Source: an uncultured Lachnospiraceae bacterium (lineage in GTDB: Bacteria > Bacillota > Clostridia > Lachnospirales > Lachnospiraceae). Taken from it: a stretch of DNA of 64,000 nucleotides. The number at the start of each line of letters is the position of its first letter. Within the stretch, counting starts at the first letter, position 1. The notes under the pieces were generated by a model. It had not been told where the DNA came from, searched no databases, and was given only the letters and a program-made list of their open reading frames with translations. Location: positions 23,953 to 87,952 of the forward strand of contig CAZOYS010000001.1 in assembly GCA_964584155.1 (NCBI GenBank), read 5' to 3'. The position numbers and the translations under genes were made by a program. Below are positions 56,749-64,000 of this stretch, in pieces.

Positions 56749-59596
56749 TTTTTTCTATTTTCTGAAAGAAAAATTTTTCGCGTCCCGGACCAGGGTTGTG
56801 GCCGTTTTGTTCGCCGTCTTTTCCTTCGTCCTCGTGGCCCGTCTCTTTGTGCTGCAGATTGTACGGGGAGAGGATTACCAGTCGAACTACAACCTCCTGA
56901 CGGAGAAGACTGAGAAGCTCCCTGCCACGAGAGGCAATATCTATGACCGAAACGGGGTCCTTCTTGCCTATAACCGCCTCGCCTACAAGGTGACGATAGA
57001 GGACAGCGGAATCTATGACAGCACAAAGGACAAGAACAAGACCTTAAATGCCGAACTCTATGAAATCATTACTAATATAGAGCGCTGCGGCAATGAGATA
57101 GACAATGATTTCGGCATCGCCATGAATTCGGACGGGACCTATTCCTTTACGTCTTCTTCCGAGACGGCCCAGCTCCGTTTCCGGGCCGATGTATTCGGCC
57201 ATGCCAAGACCCACGACCTGGGAGAGAACAAGAAGGCCGGGCTCAATGAGAAGACCTGTTCCGAGAAGGAAATCATGGACTATCTCGAGAGCGACAGCAA
57301 GTTCGGCATCAGTTCGGAATATGATGACGCCATGCGCTACAAGATTGCCGTCATCCGCTACAATATGAGCCTGAACTCCTATCAGAAGTATATTGCGACG
57401 ACGCTGGCTTCCGATGTCAATGAGCAGACCGTGGCCTATATCAAGGAGCACTCGGATTCCCTGACCGGAGTCAGCATAGAAGAGGATTCCATGCGCCAGT
57501 ATAATTACGCGGAATCCACGGCCAATATCATCGGTTATACAGGCACCATCTCATCAGAAGAATATAACGCCCTGGTGGAAAAAGACCCCGAAAACAAGGA
57601 CAATTACTCCCTGACAGATGTGGTCGGAAAGAGCGGCATCGAACAGTACATGAACGACTACCTGACCGGCACCAAGGGGGAGCGGACCGTGTATGTCGAC
57701 AATGTGGGAAACGAAATCAAGGTGGCCCAGGAGACGAAGTCCGTCCCCGGAAATGACACCTATGTTTCCATAGATGCCAATATCCAGGAGAGCACCTATA
57801 AGCTTCTGGAGCAGGAAGTGGCCGGTATCGTTCTTTCCAAGCTGGCCAATATCCGGGACTATAAGGTCACGGATGATTCCAAGGATATCCTGATTCCCAT
57901 CTACGACGCCTATGTCTCCCTTCTCAAGAACGGGCTTTTGTCCGTGAGCGATATGGGGGCTGAGGATGCCACGGACCTTGAAAAGCAGGTATACGGCATA
58001 CTTTCCCGGAAGAATTCGGACGTACTGGACCATATCCGCTCGGAACTTAATGCCGCGGAGCCCACAGTATATGAAGCTCAGGACGAGGAAAATCAGGACT
58101 ATTCCACTTATATCATCCGCCTTCTGAAATCGAAGAAGGTCCTGGTCGAGGACAAGATCGACGACAACGACGAGACCCAGAAAAACTGGTCCAATCAGAA
58201 GCTGTCGGTGGAAGAGTATCTGAAGTACTGCATCAGCCAGGACTGGATCGACATCAATGCCTACCAGACCGAGAAGAAGTATTCGGACTCGGACGAGATG
58301 TATACGAGTCTCGTGGACTATATCATCAACACCCTGTCCTCGGACTCCGCCTTCAAGCGCCTGGTCTATGAATATGCGGTCCGGGATGACCTGGTATCCG
58401 GGAACCAGCTCTGCGCCCTTCTCTATGACCAGGGGGTTCTTGCAGCCGATGACGCGGCCAGAGAAGCCCTCCTGTCCGGCCAGACCTCCGCTTATAATTT
58501 CATAAAGGAAAAGCTCCGTACGCTTGAGATCACGCCCGGACAGCTGGCCCTTGACCCCTGCTCGGCATCGGCCGTAGTCATAGACCCCAACGACGGATCC
58601 CTTCTCGCCTGTGTATCCTACCCGGGGTACGACACGAACAAGCTGGCCAACACCGTGGACAGGGCCTATTACACCTATCTCAATACGACGGCTTCGTCCC
58701 CCCTCTACAATCACGCCACCCAGCAGATGACGGCCCCGGGCTCCACATTCAAGCCCCTTTCCGCCACGGCCGGTCTGGCTGAGGGTGTCATCGATACATC
58801 GACCCTGATTGACGACCTGGGGACGTTCGACAAGGTATCAAACCAGCCCCGCTGCTGGATCTATCCCAGCAACCACGGCGAGGAGAATGTGACGGACGCC
58901 ATCCGGGATTCCTGCAACTACTTCTTCTACGAAGTGGGCTGGCGGCTGGCCGGCGGCAACGGTTACAACGACAAGACCGGTATCGCGAAGATTCAGAAAT
59001 ATGCGACTGCTTACGGTCTGGACCGGAAGACCGGCATAGAGATTGACGAAAATACGTCCCATGTGGCGACCCAGTACCCGGTCATGGCTGCCATCGGCCA
59101 GTCGGACAACAACTACACGACGATTGCCCTCGGCCGCTATGCCGCGGCCATTACAAATTCCGGAAAGGTGTACAGGCTGACCCTTCTGGACAAGGTCGTA
59201 GATGCGGACGGCAACGTGGTGAAAAGCTATGCTCCGGAAGTGGAATCGACGGTGGACGTGCTTTCCTCCTCCCAGTGGTCGGCCATTCACACCGGCATGA
59301 GGGAAGTCGTTACCAATATGGCTTCCTATGAAGGCTTCCCGATCGAGGTGGCCGGCAAGACCGGTACGGCCCAGGAGTCAAAGAAACGGCCCAACCATGC
59401 CCTTTTCATCGGCTATGCCCCCTATACGTCTCCCAAGTATACGGTGGCAGTCCGGATTCCCTTCGGCTATACGTCCCACAATGCGGCGGACGTGGCCAGG
59501 GATATCCTGGGCGTCTGCTTCAATGTGGAAGAGTCCAAGGCCAAGGTCGGAGCTGCCGTCTCCGAGAACGGTACCGGAAATGTCCGGACTGACTGA
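56741..59596 (+). CDS. mrdA: Penicillin-binding protein 2 (class B transpeptidase) with a large internal insertion
   Basis: STFK, SCN and KTGT motifs. The length is 951 aa. The TTG start has an AAAGGAG SD. Confidence 0.9.
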   Translation: MSDFFYFLKEKFFASRTRVVAVLFAVFSFVLVARLFVLQIVRGEDYQSNYNLLTEKTEKLPATRGNIYDRNGVLLAYNRLAYKVTIEDSGIYDSTKDKNKTLNAELYEIITNIERCGNEIDNDFGIAMNSDGTYSFTSSSETAQLRFRADVFGHAKTHDLGENKKAGLNEKTCSEKEIMDYLESDSKFGISSEYDDAMRYKIAVIRYNMSLNSYQKYIATTLASDVNEQTVAYIKEHSDSLTGVSIEEDSMRQYNYAESTANIIGYTGTISSEEYNALVEKDPENKDNYSLTDVVGKSGIEQYMNDYLTGTKGERTVYVDNVGNEIKVAQETKSVPGNDTYVSIDANIQESTYKLLEQEVAGIVLSKLANIRDYKVTDDSKDILIPIYDAYVSLLKNGLLSVSDMGAEDATDLEKQVYGILSRKNSDVLDHIRSELNAAEPTVYEAQDEENQDYSTYIIRLLKSKKVLVEDKIDDNDETQKNWSNQKLSVEEYLKYCISQDWIDINAYQTEKKYSDSDEMYTSLVDYIINTLSSDSAFKRLVYEYAVRDDLVSGNQLCALLYDQGVLAADDAAREALLSGQTSAYNFIKEKLRTLEITPGQLALDPCSASAVVIDPNDGSLLACVSYPGYDTNKLANTVDRAYYTYLNTTASSPLYNHATQQMTAPGSTFKPLSATAGLAEGVIDTSTLIDDLGTFDKVSNQPRCWIYPSNHGEENVTDAIRDSCNYFFYEVGWRLAGGNGYNDKTGIAKIQKYATAYGLDRKTGIEIDENTSHVATQYPVMAAIGQSDNNYTTIALGRYAAAITNSGKVYRLTLLDKVVDADGNVVKSYAPEVESTVDVLSSSQWSAIHTGMREVVTNMASYEGFPIEVAGKTGTAQESKKRPNHALFIGYAPYTSPKYTVAVRIPFGYTSHNAADVARDILGVCFNVEESKAKVGAAVSENGTGNVRTD

Positions 59597-59650
59597 AGTC
59601 CTGTATTATATTAGTCATATATCTTTTTGTAATACAAAAAGGAGGCTTTT

Positions 59651-60307
59651 ATGACGGATTCCTGTGTGATCAAGAGCATGCCCCACGGCATCAGCCTTAC
59701 TTTAAATCCCGACATTCCCTTTGCAGAGCTCTGCACCGATGTCTGCCGCAAGTTCTATGAATCAAAGGAATTCTTCGGGACTTCGGTTCTTACGATTTCC
59801 TTTTCGGGCCGGGACCTTTCTTCCGAGGAGGAGGAAGCCCTGGTAGAGGCGGTGGAACTCAATTCCGATATAAAAATCCGCCTCGTATATGACGGAGACG
59901 AGCTCAAGGATCGACGGACCATAGGGGACGTGGAAAAGTTCTATATGGAGCAGAAGACCACAAACGCCCTGATCCACCGGGGAAATGTGAAAGAGGGGCA
60001 GAAGGTGTCTTCCGTATCCTCCCTTCTCGTCCTGGGGGATGTAGCGGAAGGGGGCACGCTTACGGCTTCCGGCAGTATCACGGTCATGGGAACCCTGGCC
60101 GGAACAGCCGTCACGAATGACGGAAACAGCTTTGTGGCGGCTGCCGTTTTTGACGATGCAGCCGTCACTGTCGGCAATGTATCCGGTGAAATCGCCACAA
60201 AGCCGAAAAAGTCCCTGTTCGGAAAGAAGGCTCCCATAGAGCCCGTGGCGGTGAAAGCCGTTGACGGGGAACTTGTTCCCATTGAAGTCAATGCCATGTT
60301 CGGATAG
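59651..60307 (+). CDS. minC: Septum site-determining protein MinC
   Basis: C-terminal beta-helix repeats (VLGDVAEGGTLTASGSITVMGTLAG), an N-terminal domain, and an AAAGGAGG SD. Confidence 0.85.
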   Translation: MTDSCVIKSMPHGISLTLNPDIPFAELCTDVCRKFYESKEFFGTSVLTISFSGRDLSSEEEEALVEAVELNSDIKIRLVYDGDELKDRRTIGDVEKFYMEQKTTNALIHRGNVKEGQKVSSVSSLLVLGDVAEGGTLTASGSITVMGTLAGTAVTNDGNSFVAAAVFDDAAVTVGNVSGEIATKPKKSLFGKKAPIEPVAVKAVDGELVPIEVNAMFG

Positions 60308-60345
60308 AATGCGGCAGCATTTCATTTACGGAGCTTTACATTTAC

Positions 60346-61488
60346 ATGTTTCGAAATTACAGGCTGAAAAATTTAAATGTGCGCCTGATCATCGCCTGCG
60401 TCGCCATTACCATCATTGGCGTCCTTGTGGTCGGTTCGGCCAAGGGCGGCTCGAACGGGACCTACCAGAACCGGCAGATCATGGGCATGATTCTCGGCGT
60501 CATCATAATGACGGTCGTCGCCATGATCGACTACAGCTTTCTGCTGCAATTCGCCTGGGTATACTATGCCCTGGCCAATGTCCTCCTGATCGCTGTTATC
60601 TTCTGGGGATCTTCGTCAGGCGGAGCGCAGCGCTGGCTTACGATTGCCGGTTTTCGCTTCCAGCCCTCGGAGTTTGCCAAGGTCCTTTTAATATTATTCT
60701 TTTCCTTCTTTCTCATGCGAAATGAGGAAAACATCAATAAGCCGCGGATTCTGCTTCTGACGCTGGTGCTGATGGGCATTCCCCTGTTTCTGATCGTAAA
60801 GGAGCCGGACCTTTCCACCACAATCGTGACATTTATGATTCTCGTGACCATGCTTTTCTGCGCAGGCCTCACGTACAAGATTGTGGTGCCCGTGCTTGGC
60901 ATCTCCATTCCGGCCCTGGTCATCTTCCTGGTTCTGGAGTCCCGGGGCAAGTCCCTCCTTCGCGGCTATCAGGACGAGCGTATCCTGGCCTGGCTTCGGC
61001 CCCAGGACTATCCCGGCAAGGCCTTCCAGCAGCAGAACTCCATCATGGCCGTGGGCTCCGGCCGGCTCTTCGGAAAAGGGCTCTTCAATGAATCGGCCCA
61101 GTCCGTCAAGAACGGAAATTATATACCCGAGCCCCACACGGACTTCATCTTTGCCGTGGCAGCAGAGGAGATGGGCTTCATTGGTTCCGTTATCATCATA
61201 GCCCTCCTGCTGATCATCGCCATCGAATGCATCCGGGTCTCGAAAAAAGCCAAGGATACGGCCGGGAAGCTCATCTGCGTCGGCATGGCTTCCTATATCT
61301 CCATCCAGAGCTATGTCAATATTTCAGTAGTTACCGGCCTCATGCCCAATACCGGCCTGACGCTTCCCTTTGTAAGCTACGGCCTAACTTCTCTCGTGAC
61401 CCTCTACATCGGAATTGGGCTGGTACTCAATGTGGGCCTGCAGGCCAAGAAAAATTATATTGATGAAAAAGCGCCGCTGAGGTGGTAA
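60346..61488 (+). CDS. rodA: FtsW/RodA/SpoVE (SEDS) family protein, RodA by context
   Basis: 10-TM SEDS profile, with FQPSEFAK and PEPHTDFIF motifs. Confidence 0.92.
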   Translation: MFRNYRLKNLNVRLIIACVAITIIGVLVVGSAKGGSNGTYQNRQIMGMILGVIIMTVVAMIDYSFLLQFAWVYYALANVLLIAVIFWGSSSGGAQRWLTIAGFRFQPSEFAKVLLILFFSFFLMRNEENINKPRILLLTLVLMGIPLFLIVKEPDLSTTIVTFMILVTMLFCAGLTYKIVVPVLGISIPALVIFLVLESRGKSLLRGYQDERILAWLRPQDYPGKAFQQQNSIMAVGSGRLFGKGLFNESAQSVKNGNYIPEPHTDFIFAVAAEEMGFIGSVIIIALLLIIAIECIRVSKKAKDTAGKLICVGMASYISIQSYVNISVVTGLMPNTGLTLPFVSYGLTSLVTLYIGIGLVLNVGLQAKKNYIDEKAPLRW

Positions 61489-61605
61489 AGTAACTATGTA
61501 TCCGGGCGGCGGGGAATCCGTCCGGATATAAAAATAACTAAGCGCCGTGGCTGAACCCGGGGCGGACTGGGGTTTTTACAAAGGGGAAAGATTGGAGGCA
61601 TTTTC

Positions 61606-62001
61606 ATGAACATCGGACTCGTTGCGCATGATTCGAAGAAGAAACTGATGCAGAACTTCTGCATCGCCTATCACGCCATTTTGTCCAAGCATAGGCTCTT
61701 TGCGACCGGAACGACGGGCCGGCTCATAGAAGAGGTTACGAACCTGCATGTACAGAAATTCCTTCCCGGCCACCTGGGCGGTTCCCAGCAGCTGGGCAGT
61801 CAGATTGAACATAATAATATAGACCTCGTCATCTTCCTCCGCGACCCCTTCCGGCAGAAGTCGGGTGAGCCGGACGTCAATTCCATCGTCAAGCTCTGCG
61901 ATGCCCACAATATCCCCCTTGCCACGAATCTGGCCACGGCGGAGCTTCTCATCAAGTCTCTGGACCGGGGCGATCTCGAGTGGCGGGAGATGTACAAATA
62001 A
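61606..62001 (+). CDS. mgsA: Methylglyoxal synthase
   Basis: LVAHDSKK, ATGTTG and GPLGG-like (HLGGSQQ) motifs. GGAGG SD is present. Confidence 0.93.
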   Translation: MNIGLVAHDSKKKLMQNFCIAYHAILSKHRLFATGTTGRLIEEVTNLHVQKFLPGHLGGSQQLGSQIEHNNIDLVIFLRDPFRQKSGEPDVNSIVKLCDAHNIPLATNLATAELLIKSLDRGDLEWREMYK

Positions 62002-62047
62002 GGCTCCGGATTTATTTATTGTTTTACATTATTCATGCTGATATAAG

Positions 62048-63040
62048 ATGCCCATGACAGGAAAACGCCTGAAAAAGTTCATATCCATGGCCCTGGTCCT
62101 TGTCATGTGCTTTGCCCTGACTTCCTGCGGACAGCCCGTGAAAAACGCCTACAGCGCCTATGAGACGGCTGCGGACTTCGGCCTTATTTCGGCTCCGGAA
62201 GAGAGTGGGGATAAGTTTTTCTCGACAGGCCTCTGCGTCACGGAAGACGTAAATCTCAATACGGACACAGTGGATTCCCAGGTGGCCGCGGCCGCCGGCG
62301 TCTTCAATACCGTCACAGGCTCCGTTCCGTATAAGCAGAATATCTTCGGCCGCGTATATCCGGCTTCCACGACGAAAATTCTCACGGCCCTTGTGGCTCT
62401 CAAATACGGAAATCTCGATCAGACCGTTACAGTTTCGGAAAATGCCGTGAATCTTTCTGCTGAATCCTCCGTCGCCAATCTCCGGGCCGGTGACCGGCTG
62501 ACCCTGCGGCAGCTCCTCTACGGCCTGCTTCTGGCCAGCGGGAACGATGCAGCCATAGCCATTGCGGAAGGCGTGTCCGGTGATACGGATACATTCGTAG
62601 CCCTGATGAATCAGGAAGCGAAGGCCCTGGGAGCGACCCGGTCGAATTTCGTCAATCCCAACGGCCTGCCGGACCCGAATCACTATACGACGGTCTATGA
62701 CATGTACCTCATCATGAATGCGGCCATTGCCTATCCCGATTTCGTGGATGTCATTCATGCGGCAAGCTATGACGCCTACTATACGGATGCTTCGGGAAAT
62801 GCGGTTACCAGGACCTGGCAGAGTACGAACCAGTATATCACCGGCTACCGCCATATGCCGGAAGGCGTACAGGTCATAGGCGGCAAGACCGGGACGACAG
62901 GAGATGCAGGCTACTGCCTTGTGCTCCTGTCCCAGAATGCAGCCGGACAGAATGTCATTTCCCTGGTGTTCGGAGCAGATGCCAGGACGAACCTCTATCT
63001 TCTGATGGGGGAAATTCTCGAAGCCTATTCGGCAGCATGA
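62048..63040 (+). CDS. D-alanyl-D-alanine carboxypeptidase (peptidase S11)
   Basis: Lipoprotein-like signal sequence (LTSCG), with STTK, SGND and KTGTT motifs. Confidence 0.9.
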   Translation: MPMTGKRLKKFISMALVLVMCFALTSCGQPVKNAYSAYETAADFGLISAPEESGDKFFSTGLCVTEDVNLNTDTVDSQVAAAAGVFNTVTGSVPYKQNIFGRVYPASTTKILTALVALKYGNLDQTVTVSENAVNLSAESSVANLRAGDRLTLRQLLYGLLLASGNDAAIAIAEGVSGDTDTFVALMNQEAKALGATRSNFVNPNGLPDPNHYTTVYDMYLIMNAAIAYPDFVDVIHAASYDAYYTDASGNAVTRTWQSTNQYITGYRHMPEGVQVIGGKTGTTGDAGYCLVLLSQNAAGQNVISLVFGADARTNLYLLMGEILEAYSAA

Positions 63041-63192
63041 TTATAAACACCCCCCGGATCCTTCATCTCTGAATGAGGGCAAACTCCCGATTAGCCTTGT
63101 ATTTTGGCGGCTACTATAATACAATACTTCTATAAAAAGCGGAGGAAAAAGCCTCTGCACTATCAATCTTGCACAAACGAAGGAGGGCAGTT

Positions 63193-63615
63193 ATGGTAGA
63201 AATCATTGCAGGAGAAAAGGGGAAGGGAAAGACAAGACAGCTCCTGGACCGTGTGTCTGCCGATGTGAAGAAGTGCACAGGCAGCCTCATCTTCATCGAC
63301 AAGAGCAAGCAGCATATGTTCGACTTGGATTCGAAGGTCCGCCTCATCAATATGGAGGACTTCGATATGTCCACGACCGGCGAGTTCCTTGGTTTCCTGG
63401 CCGGCATCATTTCGAGCAACCGCGACATCGAGAAAATCTACCTCGACAGCTTCCTGACCATTGCCTTCATCGACACGTCAGAGGGCCTGGACGACGCGGT
63501 TGACAAGCTCACAAACCTTTCCGAGAAATTCGATACTGACTTCCTTCTTTCCGTATCCAAAAACGAGTCCGATCTTCCGGCTTCCGTCAAGGAAAAGATC
63601 ATCGTTTCTCTTTGA
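63193..63615 (+). CDS. Small P-loop protein (Walker A GEKGKGKT), function unknown
   Basis: The ATG at 63193 has a GAAGGAGGG SD. Walker A starts at residue 6 and IYLDSF is Walker-B-like. A strong terminator follows. Confidence 0.65.
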   Translation: MVEIIAGEKGKGKTRQLLDRVSADVKKCTGSLIFIDKSKQHMFDLDSKVRLINMEDFDMSTTGEFLGFLAGIISSNRDIEKIYLDSFLTIAFIDTSEGLDDAVDKLTNLSEKFDTDFLLSVSKNESDLPASVKEKIIVSL

Positions 63616-63642
63616 TCTGCCGGGCAGGGGTACCATGACCGG

Positions 63643-63681
63643 CCCCATATGTTCAATTTCCCATATGGGGTTTTCAATTTT
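63643..63681 (+). terminator. Intrinsic terminator
   Basis: CCCCATATG / CATATGGGG forms a 9-bp stem followed by TTTTCAATTTT. Confidence 0.8.
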
Positions 63682-63757
63682 GAACTGAATTATCTTGAGC
63701 GCCAGGCCTTCTTTGTCCAGACCGGGCGCTCTTCATGTGTGAGGAATATTTTCTATC

Positions 63758-64000
63758 TTGAGCAGACGTGAGAAAAAGCACGGAGGAACCGTCACCCGCT
63801 TCCCCCGCCGGATACAATTCAATATCGGTCTGATCATTTCTCTCTTCATCCTCGCCTATGTGGTATTCCACATCTTTTCCTATTTCACCCAGTCCAATGT
63901 GACAGTATATGAGGTGGTTCAGGGTTCTATCACGACGGACAACCGCTACCGGGCCATGGCCATAAGGAAGGAAAGCCTCATTACGAGCCCCGGAGACGGG
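63758..64000 (+). CDS. HlyD-like membrane-fusion/adaptor family protein, 3'-partial (runs off the window)
   Basis: The frame is open from TTG at 63758 to the window end. The translation LSRREKKHGGTVTRFPRRIQFNIGLIISLFILAYVVFHIF...VYEVVQGSI has the anchor helix plus start of an adaptor domain typical of clostridial HlyD-family proteins. It is not in the ORF track because no stop is reached. Confidence 0.55.
   Translation, partial: MSRREKKHGGTVTRFPRRIQFNIGLIISLFILAYVVFHIFSYFTQSNVTVYEVVQGSITTDNRYRAMAIRKESLITSPGDG

Noticed and set aside
63697-63731. Hairpin GAGCGCC...GGCGCTC downstream of the P-loop gene terminator
   Set aside because: It is a 7-bp stem with a long loop and no U-tract, and it lies just before the next gene's SD. 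The evidence is insufficient to call it a terminator or riboswitch.

Overview
This is a chromosomal segment from a Firmicutes/Clostridia-type genome. The mreBCD-mrdA-minC-rodA-mgsA order looks Lachnospiraceae-like. GC is moderately high by eye; I did not compute it. About 60 genes are present and almost all are on the + strand, consistent with one replichore. Most of the window is a housekeeping backbone: tex, ylmH, leuS, icd, an ABC-F ATPase, rex, nnr, alr, yebC, glgA, ftsK, pdp, phoH, a PgpH-like gene, ybeY, a murJ-like gene, mutS, mutL, miaA, the mre/mrd/min/rod cluster, mgsA and a DD-carboxypeptidase. Two regions look accessory. (1) Positions 1.8-6.7 kb hold several decayed genes: a frameshifted AraC regulator, a GH78 fragment, a 5'-truncated GH43, a truncated and frameshifted PEP/pyruvate-binding fragment, and an orphan C-terminal fragment. 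They surround a lower-GC RelB/ParE toxin-antitoxin module packed tightly against a Dabb protein and a histidine phosphatase. (2) Positions 9.2-17.9 kb hold a glycoside-utilisation locus: an SDR, a TIM-barrel isomerase-like gene coupled to GH1, AraC, a GPH symporter and GH2. I found no rRNA, tRNA, CRISPR array, IS element or prophage. The non-obvious signals are: an 11-13 nt motif (TT)ACATTATTCAT recurring in eight intergenic regions; three phased ~52-bp degenerate tandem repeats in the miaA-ynbB spacer, where hfq often sits; a PgpH-like 7TM protein whose HD metal-binding residues are replaced; minC with no adjacent minDE; a Rex operator overlapping the rex promoter; and mutually exclusive hairpins upstream of an SDR gene. 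I did not find a clear novel multi-gene system. All protein family calls come from motif recognition by eye, not from database searches.
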